A stretch of DNA of 64,000 nt from Candidatus Minusculum obligatum (GCA_045401155.1 CP174360.1:513490-577489), one strand, 5' to 3'; counted from the stretch's first letter, positions 37,984 through 48,125 are shown. The notes: a model not told the origin generated them from the letters alone. Translations and numbers: made by a program.

Positions 37984-40371
37984 CTACTGACCTAGACCTC
38001 CAAGCTCCTCAAATGGATTCTCACCATTTTCAAGTGCTGTAATTTGATCTGCGACAAGCTCAGCATTTTGCTCTGAAAGACTCGCAACAGTATTAAGTAC
38101 CTCGATAGCCTCCTCATACTGCCCATCCTCTGCAAGGAATGTTGCAAGAACATAGTGCCCATTTGCAAATGAAGGATTTACATTTGTTGCTCGTGTAAGT
38201 GCCGCGATAGCGCCATCAAGATCTCCTGTTGCTTCTCGCAGAATAGCAAGCTGGAATAGGATGTTTGCATTATTTGGCTGGAAGAATGCAGCTGCCTCAG
38301 CACTCTCAAGTGCTTCCTGCGTATTTCCTTCTTGCACCTCAAGCTGAGATAGAAGGAAGATTGCGTCTACATAATCCTGCTTTAGAGAAATTGCTTCTTG
38401 CAATAGCTCTCGAGCAGCTTCTGTATCCTGATTTGCAATCTCAAGCTGCGCCATAATCAGAGGAATCTCTGGATTTTGAGGGTTTAGCTTTTGCGCCTCC
38501 TCATACGCAGCTTTCGCATTGTCATACGCTCCCTCAACCCGAAGCGGCACTACCAACTGATATACATTTCCAAGTGTCAGCCAGTTCTGATAATTCTCTC
38601 CTCGAACCTGTGTTGCAAAAAGCGCTGCCTCCACAGTACTTCCAAGAGCTGCTTGGAATGCTTGAGATCGCTCCTCCTGACTTAGAGACTCATCATTTAC
38701 GATTGTGTTTAGGTCACTTTGTCCAAGCCCTGCTCCAAGACGATAGAATCGATCACTTTGGTTAAGTGTAAGCGCTTGATTAAGTGCATCTCCTGATCCT
38801 GCACGATCTCCATTTTGTGCATACACAACTGCCTGATTGTAGAAAACACTTGCAAGATATCGCTCTCCTGCAAAGAAGATTGTCACAATACTTGAAAGCA
38901 ATACAAGTGTAAGTGTGAATACCAACATAAATCCAATACGCGGACTTCGTGAGAAGAAGATTCCCCACTCTCGCTTCTGATTTCCACTAAAGCGAAGTGT
39001 GGCAATAAAGATTCCCGTCATTGCAAATGCCAAGAATAATACTGAAGGTCCAGGTACATGTAGTACTGAGAATGTCCATAGGTATAGGGCTACCACGTAA
39101 CTTCCAAGAGAAAGCGCAAACATTCCTTGATGCTGTGCTCGTGAGAAGATAAGCGCTCTAAATCCTACATAAATAAAGAAGACAAAGAACGCAAGCCACG
39201 CAAGAGCCCCAAGAATTCCTGTCACTGCAATCATAGATGGCACATACCCAATTCCTGCAGAGAAATCTACATTCCAGAAGATAGTGTTATTAATCTCAGC
39301 TGGCTTTGTAAGAAGCCACTGACTTCCAAATGTAGTTGGTCCTGTACCAAAGATTGGGTTTTGCGCGTATGCATTTGCAGCAACATCAAGCGTTGCCTGC
39401 CATGATGGACGAACTGCAACCTGCTCAAACCCAAGGGCATTTGAAAGAATGTTCCCTAGTGAAGAACTACCAATCACCATGATGATAGAAGCCGCAAGTA
39501 CAATGAGTGAGAGCACAAGGTTGTTTCCACCTTGAACCGGTGCATTCATATCATTCATTGACTGCTGTCCCTGCTCTCCTTCTCCAGAATATAAAGCAGT
39601 AACTCCTTCAATATCATCGTGCACTCCTCCACTTTGCTTTAGCATTCCATGAATAAATACTCCTAGCGCAAACAGGCCTAGCACGATCCACACAAGTGTG
39701 AAGTTTGCTCCCGCAAGGAAGATAAGTGAAAGTGCAAGAAATACATACAGCCATCGCTTTGTTTTCTTACTTGGACGTCCAAGCAAAAGTGCCATTAGGA
39801 TTCCAAGCACAGACGCTCCAAGGAATACCGCAAAGTCGCTAATGCTTCCAAGCGTGTTTACTCCATCTCCTGCGGTTACCCCAATACCCTGAAGAATTCC
39901 TGTGTTGAGGATAAAGAAAATGATTTGCGCCAAAAGCACAAGACCAACACCAACAAATGATGCCTTTATAACGTGTGAGAATTGCTCTGCCTTGCGAAGC
40001 GTAAGTGCTAGCACTGATGCAAACACTGTACCTGCAAGGACAAACCCTACCGTACTTGCCTCAATCTGATTTCCAAAGATAGAGAATCCGAGATTTCCTC
40101 CTGAAAATACTGCTGAGAGTAAATATGCGGCTGGAATACCCCAAAGCACTCCAAGCAACATAAGCGGCGGCATAATGATACTCCCACGACGAAGTCGCGT
40201 AAGAATATACAAAGCAAGCCCAAGTACTGCGGCAATAACGATTGCAATTGTTTTTGTAAATCCAAATGGGATTGATGCCATTGGAATAAGAAGTACAGGA
40301 ATAATCGCAAGTGCTGCTGCTGCAACAGTTACGGTCCCCGACTCAAGTGTAAACGGTAGTTTTCTTTCCAT
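37984..40371 (-). CDS. Large polytopic membrane protein with O-antigen-ligase-like (Wzy_C) core and C-terminal TPR repeats
   Basis: Many TM helices in the N-terminal 500 aa; the C-terminal ~280 aa form repeated TPR-like 34-aa units. Confidence 0.55.
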   Translation of the reverse strand: MERKLPFTLESGTVTVAAAALAIIPVLLIPMASIPFGFTKTIAIVIAAVLGLALYILTRLRRGSIIMPPLMLLGVLWGIPAAYLLSAVFSGGNLGFSIFGNQIEASTVGFVLAGTVFASVLALTLRKAEQFSHVIKASFVGVGLVLLAQIIFFILNTGILQGIGVTAGDGVNTLGSISDFAVFLGASVLGILMALLLGRPSKKTKRWLYVFLALSLIFLAGANFTLVWIVLGLFALGVFIHGMLKQSGGVHDDIEGVTALYSGEGEQGQQSMNDMNAPVQGGNNLVLSLIVLAASIIMVIGSSSLGNILSNALGFEQVAVRPSWQATLDVAANAYAQNPIFGTGPTTFGSQWLLTKPAEINNTIFWNVDFSAGIGYVPSMIAVTGILGALAWLAFFVFFIYVGFRALIFSRAQHQGMFALSLGSYVVALYLWTFSVLHVPGPSVLFLAFAMTGIFIATLRFSGNQKREWGIFFSRSPRIGFMLVFTLTLVLLSSIVTIFFAGERYLASVFYNQAVVYAQNGDRAGSGDALNQALTLNQSDRFYRLGAGLGQSDLNTIVNDESLSQEERSQAFQAALGSTVEAALFATQVRGENYQNWLTLGNVYQLVVPLRVEGAYDNAKAAYEEAQKLNPQNPEIPLIMAQLEIANQDTEAARELLQEAISLKQDYVDAIFLLSQLEVQEGNTQEALESAEAAAFFQPNNANILFQLAILREATGDLDGAIAALTRATNVNPSFANGHYVLATFLAEDGQYEEAIEVLNTVASLSEQNAELVADQITALENGENPFEELGGLGQ

Positions 40372-40451
40372 ATTAATTAATTCTCACACGCGAATAATAC
40401 TTACTATGATAGCACCTCTATAAAAGGTGCTCTCTAGTTTTCCAAAGGGAT

Positions 40452-41486
40452 TTAGAACTCCCAATCCCCCTTTAGTCCTGTTGACTGAGTGTAGTTCACT
40501 ACAGTCGTCTCAAAAAAGTTACTCTTGTCATTATCTGTATCTTGTAGTCGCTCAAGGTGCACGTACGGATTCTTTTCTGCCTCAGGATAAATTGGATCGA
40601 TACCAATACGAGCCATACGCTCATTTGCAAGCCACTGTGTGTACTCACGGATTGTATCCTTACTAATTCCTGGAATATCCTCTCCCATAATGTGATTGCT
40701 CCACATAATCTCTTGATCAACCGCAGCCTTTGTCATATCGATGATTACCTGCTCATCAAACATCTCTGGAAACTCTTTCTTAATTTCATTAAGAATATTT
40801 GCAAACATCACCACGTGCGTAAGCTCGTCCCGACGAATATACGCGATCATTCGTCCTGTTGCGAGCATCTTCATATTGTCTACAAGCGTATCGAAAAATG
40901 CGAACCCGTTGTAGAAATAAAGTCCCTCAAGAAGATAGTCGGCAACAAGTGTCTCAAAGAAATTCTTATCGCTTGGATCATCAATAAAGCGCTGGTAGAT
41001 ATCTCCAATGTATCTATTACGCTCAAGAAGCGTTTTGTCCGTCTTCCAGAAATAGTAAATTTCATTTCGCTCCTTTGAGTCCACCACTGACTCAAGAATA
41101 GTTGCATAACTTTGTGAATGAATAGCCTCCTGGTACGCCTGAATAGCAAAAAGAAGATTTACCTCAGGAGCCGTAATGTAATCTGAAATATTTGGAAGGT
41201 TTACGGTCTGCACTGAATCGAGGAAGATAAGGAATGAAAGAATTCCCTTATATGCCTTTTGCTCTGCAGGAGAAAGATCACTATGAAATGCATTAGCATC
41301 CTCCTTAAGTCCCATTACCTTCTCTGGAATCCAGAAGTTTCCAACCATGACAGGATAAAGCTTCTTTGCCCAACTATACTTTGTCGCATTAAGCTGAAAC
41401 AGTCCTGTGGTTGAACCCTTGATAATAGTTCGATTGGCAACAGTATCATCCCCTTCCGGATTAAAAATCCTATTTTCTTGAATCAT
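40452..41486 (-). CDS. nrdB: Ribonucleoside-diphosphate reductase beta subunit (class I R2)
   Basis: Di-iron ligands (EAIHSQSY, ExxH), radical-Tyr region, C-terminal DWEF tail. Confidence 0.88.
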   Translation of the reverse strand: MIQENRIFNPEGDDTVANRTIIKGSTTGLFQLNATKYSWAKKLYPVMVGNFWIPEKVMGLKEDANAFHSDLSPAEQKAYKGILSFLIFLDSVQTVNLPNISDYITAPEVNLLFAIQAYQEAIHSQSYATILESVVDSKERNEIYYFWKTDKTLLERNRYIGDIYQRFIDDPSDKNFFETLVADYLLEGLYFYNGFAFFDTLVDNMKMLATGRMIAYIRRDELTHVVMFANILNEIKKEFPEMFDEQVIIDMTKAAVDQEIMWSNHIMGEDIPGISKDTIREYTQWLANERMARIGIDPIYPEAEKNPYVHLERLQDTDNDKSNFFETTVVNYTQSTGLKGDWEF

Positions 41487-41499
41487 ATTTCTTACTTAC

Positions 41500-44262
41500 T
41501 TATCCGCTACAACTTTCACACACATTATATTTTGGCTTCTCTGGAGCAGGACTTGCCGCCATCTTTGGAGCCTCCTTTTTTGTAGATGGCTCATTATCTA
41601 CCTTTGCTGAGAGACTCCGCACGTAGTACACCGTCTTAATTCCCTTTTCATGCGCACGAATGTAATACTGGTACAGCTGCTGTGGTGAGGTTCGTTCTGG
41701 ATTAATCATCCATTCGAAACTAATTGACTGGTCAATCCACTGATAGATTTCTGCGATCAGATCGATCACATCCTCCATATTCATGTTGATGTACTCCTTG
41801 TAGTACGGGAAGTTGTCTTTATCTAGCTGCGGCGCAACACGAATCGTTGGAGATGAAAGATTGTTCTCCACAAAGTATCGCTTATAGATTGGAAGAAGTG
41901 CGGCTGTAGTTCCTACCACTCCAGCAGTTGAAGTGTTTGGTGCAGGACCAGTGTGGTACCCAAATCTAAATCCACTTGTGGTCATATCAGCAAATAGCTC
42001 TTCCCACTGCTGTGCACGATTTGGATTATTCTCCATGAACCACTCCTTCTCACGTCCAAGTAAGATTCCTTTACTATACTGAGATCCCGGGAATAGCTCG
42101 TAGTGCCCACGCTCCTTAGCAAGATCTGCACTTGCTCGATACATATGATATGAGTATCGCTCAAAGAGCTTATTTACCTCCTTCTTTGCCTCCTCTGAAT
42201 CATAGGCAATGTGATTTGTTGCCAGATACTCAGCAAGACCAAGGTACCCAACACCAACTGGACGGTACCGCTTTGCAGTACGCTCTGACTCCTTAATTGG
42301 GTAGTAGTTAAGCGTAATCACGTTATCAAGCGCACGCATAAGAACGGGATACACTTCTTTAACGGTCTTCTCATCATTTACTTTTGCAACGTTTACTGAA
42401 GCTAGATTACACACCACAGTATCTCCTGCCTTGTACTTAAGTGTAATGGTTCCATCTTCGTGAGACTCTTCTTGGAACTTAGATGGCGAAGTATTTTGAC
42501 AAATCTCAGTACATAGCTGTGTTGAATATACATTTCCAGCGTGTTGGTTTGGATTTAATCTGTTTACAGTATCTCGGAAGAAGATGTACGGCATTCCTGT
42601 CTCCACCACTGTCTTAAGGTGCTTCTTAAATAGCTCCTTTGCATTTACTGTCTTCTTAAGCTTTAGACGATCATCTCGTTCAAGCTCCTCATAGAAGGCG
42701 TCAAACTCTTCATTAAAGTGGTCTTGGAGTCGCTTCCCATAGAGTGTCTCAACCTCGTGCGGATCAAAGAGTGTCCAATCTGCATTCTCTTTCATACGTC
42801 GCATGAATAGATCTGGAACTGAGATAGCCGGAAATACATCAAAAGCCTTGTTTCGAATATCCCCTGTCTCAGTCTGAAGATCTAGGAAGTCATAGATATC
42901 TCGATGCCACATATCAAGTGTCACAGAAATAGCACCCATACGAGCCCCAAGCTGATTTACAGCCACACCGGTATCATTAATAACCTTCAGCCATGGATTT
43001 ACTCCTCCTGAAGCCTTTTCTACTCCTCGGATAGCAGCTTCTCGCGAACGAATGTGCCCCCAATACATTCCAACTCCCCCTCCAAACTTAGAAATCTGTG
43101 CAACATTCTCAATTGCATGGTAAATCGCACGAAGATCATCATCCACATTTAGTTTGAAACAACTTGAAAGCTGGTGGTAGTTTGTTCGTGAGTTAAGAAG
43201 TGTTGGTGTTGGAAGAGAAATCTTCTGTGTAGAACACGCATCATATAGCTTAAATGCATATTGAAGACGATTCTCACTTGCCTCAGGAATCGCAAGGAAC
43301 AAGGCTACAGACATATATAGCTCCTGTGGAAGCTCCTTTACTACTCCATTTGGATTTAGAAGGTATCGCTTTGAAAGCGACAGTACAGTAGTGTACTGAT
43401 AGCTATCATCGTAACTTTGCTTTAGATACTCACCTGCTTTTTTAATGTCCTCCTTTGTGTAGTACTTAAAGAAGTCTTTATAGTAGAGCCCTTTCTCTAC
43501 GTACTCCTCAAAGAGCGCAAGATATGTATCTGGAGTATAAATATCCTTAATATCAATTTTTCGATTCTTTGTAGCCTGCTTATATAGATTCTCAAGAAGT
43601 AGTCGTGCCGCAATATGCTGCCACCATGTATTTTCGATGGTCACCATATCAATCGCAGTCTTAATCATGAAGCGATTAATATCTTTTGTCTCCATGTCAT
43701 TTGCGAGATTTCGCTTAAATGCCTCTAGAAAATCCTCAAAGTGACATTTATTCTCATATCCTCGACATACACGATTAAATACACGCTTAATCTTTGTAAG
43801 CTCAAATGTCTCAATCTCTCCATTTGCTTTTTTTACTGAGAATTTCTTCTCATCTAGCTGTGCTAGAAGATCATAGTGATTCTTCTTTCTTGCCTGCGCT
43901 CGCTCATCTCGATACAAAATGTAGTGCTTTGCAACATCAAAACGCTTTGCTTCCATGAGCGCGTTCTCAACTGCATCCTGCACCTGCTCAACAGTAAGAA
44001 GTTTTACCCCCTCAGTATGCGCATGCCGCTCAAGATTAATGAGCATCTCATCAACAAGCCCTGAAATGAAGCTCGTGTCGTCTACTCCTACAGCAGTACA
44101 CGCCTTTGCAATGGCTTCTTCAATCCGCCGACGATTAAATGGAACAACACGCCCATCTCTTTTTTCAATATTCGCGAGTACCGCATCTCCCGGCACAATA
44201 CGAGGCCCTTCGGCGCTACTAGGTGGTGTTCCTATGACCGTTTTCGTCGGCAGTTTATCCAT
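41500..44262 (-). CDS. nrdA: Ribonucleoside-diphosphate reductase alpha subunit (class I) with N-terminal ATP-cone
   Basis: Start at MDKLPTK. ATP-cone (VEKRDGRVVPFNRRRIEEAI), catalytic-Cys regions, C-terminal CESCSG redox tail. Confidence 0.9.
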   Translation of the reverse strand: MDKLPTKTVIGTPPSSAEGPRIVPGDAVLANIEKRDGRVVPFNRRRIEEAIAKACTAVGVDDTSFISGLVDEMLINLERHAHTEGVKLLTVEQVQDAVENALMEAKRFDVAKHYILYRDERAQARKKNHYDLLAQLDEKKFSVKKANGEIETFELTKIKRVFNRVCRGYENKCHFEDFLEAFKRNLANDMETKDINRFMIKTAIDMVTIENTWWQHIAARLLLENLYKQATKNRKIDIKDIYTPDTYLALFEEYVEKGLYYKDFFKYYTKEDIKKAGEYLKQSYDDSYQYTTVLSLSKRYLLNPNGVVKELPQELYMSVALFLAIPEASENRLQYAFKLYDACSTQKISLPTPTLLNSRTNYHQLSSCFKLNVDDDLRAIYHAIENVAQISKFGGGVGMYWGHIRSREAAIRGVEKASGGVNPWLKVINDTGVAVNQLGARMGAISVTLDMWHRDIYDFLDLQTETGDIRNKAFDVFPAISVPDLFMRRMKENADWTLFDPHEVETLYGKRLQDHFNEEFDAFYEELERDDRLKLKKTVNAKELFKKHLKTVVETGMPYIFFRDTVNRLNPNQHAGNVYSTQLCTEICQNTSPSKFQEESHEDGTITLKYKAGDTVVCNLASVNVAKVNDEKTVKEVYPVLMRALDNVITLNYYPIKESERTAKRYRPVGVGYLGLAEYLATNHIAYDSEEAKKEVNKLFERYSYHMYRASADLAKERGHYELFPGSQYSKGILLGREKEWFMENNPNRAQQWEELFADMTTSGFRFGYHTGPAPNTSTAGVVGTTAALLPIYKRYFVENNLSSPTIRVAPQLDKDNFPYYKEYINMNMEDVIDLIAEIYQWIDQSISFEWMINPERTSPQQLYQYYIRAHEKGIKTVYYVRSLSAKVDNEPSTKKEAPKMAASPAPEKPKYNVCESCSG

Positions 44263-44423
44263 ACCAATTACATGAGTGTTACTACTAATTTGATATAGAG
44301 ATAGTAGCACTGTAAACAATGTAAAGACCTGTGGATATCCCCTCAAAACAAGACTCCGAAACATATTTTACTACGTAGGCAATACCCTCCTTCTGTCGCC
44401 CTTTTGTTTGGCCCTCAAATAGA

Positions 44424-44460
44424 AAACACTCGGGTTTTATCCCGAGTGTTTTCATTTTTT
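44424..44460. terminator. Palindromic rho-independent terminator immediately downstream of rnpB
   Basis: aaaacactcggg-ttttat-cccgagtgtttt, a 12-bp hairpin flanked by A-run and T-run. Confidence 0.7.
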
Positions 44461-44778
44461 ATATCGTGGCTATAAGCCGGATTCTGTACCATCTCTGGTG
44501 ACAATCATTTACCTTGCCATTTTGTTACCAAAATGATCTTTGCGGCACTCTCTAGAAACTAGAGTACGGCCTTGCACGCAGATAGGAATTTAGCCGTTTC
44601 ACCCATATGTTGCCATATGATTATCCCACAAGGGGTCCCTCTCATCTCTGATCAGGCGTCACTGCTCGCATCCCTAAGATTGCTCTCGACGGGCGTTACC
44701 CGCTACCCTGCTACTGAAAAATCAGTGCGTGTCCGGACTTTCCTCACATATTGCGCGATTGTCCACCACGACAAGCAC
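44460..44778 (-). ncRNA. rnpB: RNase P RNA (bacterial-type rnpB)
   Basis: Reverse complement contains GAGGAAAGUCCGGAC (CR-I/P4 5' strand), CAGGGUAGCGGGUAACGCCCGUC (P5-P5.1-P7 region, cf. CAGGGUGCCAGGUAACGCCUGG), AUGGGUGAAACGG (CR-II-like) and ACAGAAUCCGGCUUAU (CR-V/P4 3' strand). P1 pairs GUCGUGGU with AGCCACGAU. Length ~320 nt. Confidence 0.85.
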
Positions 44779-44792
44779 TATTATACAATCTT

Positions 44793-45293
44793 TTAATCTT
44801 TCGTAAAGAGTCCGCCGAAGTTAAATACAGCAGGTCGGTATGAGATGAGCTTTAGCTTTGAGCGCTCTCCTACGCCATGCTCCTCAATAAATCCTGCATT
44901 TGTCTCAAGTACATACCGAGCATTTGTTGGAGGATAAAAAATCTTTGGATAACTACTTGTGGGCACGTTTGCCTTATAATACACAACCCTAAAATCCTCA
45001 TTGAGCCACATGATATCTATTGGAAAATTCATTCCTTTCATCCAAATACCGTACTTTTCATTCTCATCAAATACAAAAAGGAGTCCGTGACTTTGCGGCA
45101 AACTCTCAAGACCTGAGAGTCCTTTTGCGCGTGTCTCTGGAGTGTTTGCAATCGCCACTTTAAGCGGCGTGTTATTTACGTACGCGTAGTAGATCTTTGT
45201 ACTATCTAACTGGTTGTTAAAGAGCACAGAGCCAGCATAAAAGAACATGGCCCCGAATCCAGCTAGAAGGATTGTATAAAAGATTATTTTCAT
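44793..45293 (-). CDS. DUF192 (COG1430) family protein with N-terminal TM helix
   Basis: LKVAIANTPETRAKGLSG...GLLFVF...GIWMKGMNFPIDIMWL...YVLE conserved DUF192 blocks. Confidence 0.65.
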   Translation of the reverse strand: MKIIFYTILLAGFGAMFFYAGSVLFNNQLDSTKIYYAYVNNTPLKVAIANTPETRAKGLSGLESLPQSHGLLFVFDENEKYGIWMKGMNFPIDIMWLNEDFRVVYYKANVPTSSYPKIFYPPTNARYVLETNAGFIEEHGVGERSKLKLISYRPAVFNFGGLFTKD

Positions 45294-45315
45294 CGGGAAA
45301 CACCCCTAGTATACC

Positions 45316-45702
45316 CTACTCACTTGTTTCTCCGTCAAAGTGTTCGTGGGTTTCTTCTGCCTTTGTCTTGTGCACTGTCCCGTGCTTATGCTCTGGAGGC
45401 ATGTAAAGAGAATATAGCTTCATCACTTCCTTCCCTGTATTAATTACATTGTGACAAGCTCCAGCCGGAATAATAAATGCAAAATCATCTTCTACTTCAT
45501 GCTCTACACCATCAATAATCACTTTCCCACTTCCTTGTTCTAGGCGAATAAATTGATCTAGATGATGTGTTTCCTCACCAATCTCATCTCCAGCTTGTAT
45601 CGCCATTAACACCAACTGACTATGCTTTGTTGTATAAAGCACACGACGATAGTCCTCATTTTCCAGTGTCTCTTTTTCTATATTTGCCACGTATCCTTTC
45701 AT
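45316..45702 (-). CDS. Cupin-domain protein
   Basis: Start at MKGYV. Two-His/Glu cupin motifs (GEETHHLDQFIRLEQG ... IPAGACHNV). Confidence 0.6.
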   Translation of the reverse strand: MKGYVANIEKETLENEDYRRVLYTTKHSQLVLMAIQAGDEIGEETHHLDQFIRLEQGSGKVIIDGVEHEVEDDFAFIIPAGACHNVINTGKEVMKLYSLYMPPEHKHGTVHKTKAEETHEHFDGETSE

Positions 45703-45931
45703 ATAAAATAAGTATATCAAAAAACACAAGAGGCGACCGATGTTGGTCGCCTCAAGGTCCTGAAAGAGCGAGAATGCGCTCTTTTTCAACTAGGAAGCCA
45801 GCAGCTCACGCGACTGGAATCACCTCCTTTCCATGCCACGTTTGCGTGCTCATTGAATCACACGATCGGTCATGATCGCCTCCCTAGGTTGCCTAATTCC
45901 AATATACTCCGTAAATAAACCGCCGCAACAT

Positions 45932-46819
45932 TTATCCCCTTAGCGCCTTCACCCGCTCTTCAATTGGAGGATGCGTAGAAAACAGCTTTGCCATATGCTT
46001 CCCAACAGCCGCCTTCCCAAATGGATTGCTAATAAATAGATGTGCCGTTGCATTGTTTGCCCGCTTCATAGGAGCAGCATATCCACCAATTTTCTCAAGT
46101 GCTGTTGCTAGTCCTTCCGGATACCTTGTAAGTAGCCCTGCTGAAGCATCCGCCAAAAACTCTCGCTTACGAGAAATTGCTAGATGAATAAGCTGGGCCG
46201 CAATAGGAGCTAGGATCGCAAATACAATACCAGCAATCGCAATTGCGCCGTTGCCTCCTCGATCATTACTCTTCATACCTCCATAAAAACTCATGCGCAT
46301 AAACATATCTGCAAGAATTGTGATAAATCCAAGCAATACTACTGTCACCGTCATCACGAGCATGTCTTTATTTTTAATATGTGAAAGCTCATGTGCAATA
46401 ACTCCCTCAAGCTCATTCTTTTCAAGCATTCCCAAAAGCCCTGTGGTCACCGCAACTACCGCATGTTTTTCATCTCGCCCTGTCGCAAATGCATTTGGCG
46501 CATTATCTTCAATCACATACAGCTTTGGCATTGGAAGTCCTGCCGTAATTGAAAGATTCTCTGTAATATTCCAAAGATCAAAATACTCTTCTCGTGTTAC
46601 TTTCTTTGCGCCATTCATTGAAAGCGCGATCTTATCTGAGAACCAGAAGCTTCCCACATTCATCACAAGCGCAAACGCCACCGCAATGAAGAGAATAAAC
46701 TGTGCATCGTAGTAGTACGAGAAGAACCACCCAAGCCCAATCACTACCAACGCAAACGTGATCATCAAAAACCACGTTTTATACACATTTTTACTCTGCT
46801 GACTATATAGTGATGCCAT
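45932..46819 (-). CDS. htpX: Zinc metalloprotease HtpX (M48)
   Basis: HELSHIKNKD (HExxH) with TM helices flanking. Confidence 0.85.
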   Translation of the reverse strand: MASLYSQQSKNVYKTWFLMITFALVVIGLGWFFSYYYDAQFILFIAVAFALVMNVGSFWFSDKIALSMNGAKKVTREEYFDLWNITENLSITAGLPMPKLYVIEDNAPNAFATGRDEKHAVVAVTTGLLGMLEKNELEGVIAHELSHIKNKDMLVMTVTVVLLGFITILADMFMRMSFYGGMKSNDRGGNGAIAIAGIVFAILAPIAAQLIHLAISRKREFLADASAGLLTRYPEGLATALEKIGGYAAPMKRANNATAHLFISNPFGKAAVGKHMAKLFSTHPPIEERVKALRG

Positions 46820-46866
46820 ATGTGGTGTATGATTCTCTCTTCAGTTCTTTAAGACAGGAGGAGAGC

Positions 46867-46977
46867 ATGTGGGATTTCATATCCGCAACCGACCTTCGCT
46901 TTGTCTTTGCAGTTGCTGGAGTTGTAATAGCTCTCGCACTTGCAGTTTGGAGCTCGATACAGAGCAAGCCAAGATAA
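46867..46977 (+). CDS. Small membrane peptide (36 aa)
   Basis: SD GACAGGAGGAGAG then ATG; MWDFISATDLRFVFAVAGVVIALALAVWSSIQSKPR; followed by a gcgcaccggtgcgc hairpin + TTTT terminator. It lies between two minus-strand genes. Confidence 0.4.
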   Translation: MWDFISATDLRFVFAVAGVVIALALAVWSSIQSKPR

Positions 46978-47013
46978 GGAGAAGAAGCGCGCCGCACCGG
47001 TGCGCTTTTCTCG

Positions 47014-47595
47014 TTAGATAGAGACCTTTACAGGATCCTTTGCTGCCTCTTCCTCAAGCTCAAAGAACTCTCGAGAAGAGAAATTGAACATTCCTGCAAT
47101 AAGATTTGTTGGGAATACCTCAAGTGCGGTATTTAGATCTCGTACAACAGTGTTGTAGAAACGTCGAGCTGCCTGAATCTTATTTTCTGTATCCGTAAGC
47201 TCGTTTTGTAGATTAAGGAAATTCTCATTTGCCTTAAGATCTGGATATGCCTCAGAGACCGCAAAGAGTGACTTAAGTGCCCCACTAAGCATATTCTCAG
47301 CCTCAGCCTGATCATGTGCTCCATCTGCATTCATTGCAGCTGTTCGCGCTTTTGTAACCTCTTCAAATACAGACTTCTCGTGTGCCGCGTAACCCTTTAC
47401 AGTCTCTACAAGATTTGGAATAAGGTCGTATCGACGCTTAAGCTGTACATCAATATCTGCCCATGCCTCCTTACCACGATTAACAAGCCCAACAAGGCGG
47501 TTAAATGTGAAAATAACCCAAAGAATAAGTGCCCCTACGATTCCTAGTGCGATATATAGTGCTGTCATATGTAGAGCATTGTACCAAAGGTTCAT
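47014..47595 (-). CDS. LemA-family protein
   Basis: N-terminal TM then the LemA core (RLVGLVNRGKEAWADIDVQLKRRYDLIPNLVE...). Confidence 0.75.
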   Translation of the reverse strand: MNLWYNALHMTALYIALGIVGALILWVIFTFNRLVGLVNRGKEAWADIDVQLKRRYDLIPNLVETVKGYAAHEKSVFEEVTKARTAAMNADGAHDQAEAENMLSGALKSLFAVSEAYPDLKANENFLNLQNELTDTENKIQAARRFYNTVVRDLNTALEVFPTNLIAGMFNFSSREFFELEEEAAKDPVKVSI

Positions 47596-47607
47596 TTTTA
47601 CGTTATA

Positions 47608-47635
47608 TTGACTTTATATATAAAAATGGTATAAT
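47608..47635 (+). promoter_or_regulatory. Sigma70-like promoter (TTGACT-16-TATAAT)
   Basis: Near-consensus hexamers 45 nt upstream of the 47680 ATG. Confidence 0.55.
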
Positions 47636-47679
47636 ACAAATAAGTTGATCTTTCACACCTACAGCCTGAGGAGGGCACC

Positions 47680-48105
47680 ATGTTTAAACAAATCACGTTC
47701 ATCGCGGTTATGATGATTCTTTTCGCCATGATCGGCGCCACATATCTGGCGCTCGGCAACTACCTCATCGTTGGGGCAGGTGCCGCGCACGACCCGGCGT
47801 TCGAACGCTTCACGTTCCTCGGCGCCCTATACGTCATAGCGTACTGCGCCAGTATGGGCGTCGGCCTGCTGATCTCGGCTACATTCAAAAAGCGCCGAGA
47901 TCGCGATAACAATCCGGGAGAGGTCGTCATGGCGACCACGATCATCCAAATGGTCATCTTCTTCGTCGGCCTGGCCCTCATGGGCGCCATGGCGCTCGAA
48001 ATGACGGAGCAGTCAATCATCGCCGGCGTCGGCGCCATGATGATCTCGAATGTCCTGGTAGTCCGCTTCTCCTTCGAAGGAGGAAAGCAGATCGCCACGG
48101 CCTAA
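47680..48105 (+). CDS. Hypothetical 4-TM membrane protein encoded in a high-GC patch
   Basis: ORF with SD GAGGAGGG, strongly GC3-rich codons (~57% GC vs ~41% flanks), own promoter and terminator. Confidence 0.55.
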   Translation: MFKQITFIAVMMILFAMIGATYLALGNYLIVGAGAAHDPAFERFTFLGALYVIAYCASMGVGLLISATFKKRRDRDNNPGEVVMATTIIQMVIFFVGLALMGAMALEMTEQSIIAGVGAMMISNVLVVRFSFEGGKQIATA

Positions 48106-48125
48106 TCGAGCCCTCAGGCAAAACC

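Noticed and set aside
44263-44420. NrdR boxes upstream of nrdA
   Set aside because: No 16-bp acaCwAtATaTwGtgt palindromes. The CCATATG repeats seen at 44608-44630 are inside rnpB, not in the nrd promoter.
44572-44796. Plus-strand 74-aa ORF
   Set aside because: Lies entirely within the minus-strand rnpB gene; no RBS.
45790-45931. Tiny ORFs after a perfect SD (GGAAAGGAGGTGATTCC) between htpX and the cupin gene
   Set aside because: Only 7-17 codons before stops; more likely part of the cupin 5' region or terminator structure. Too short to support.
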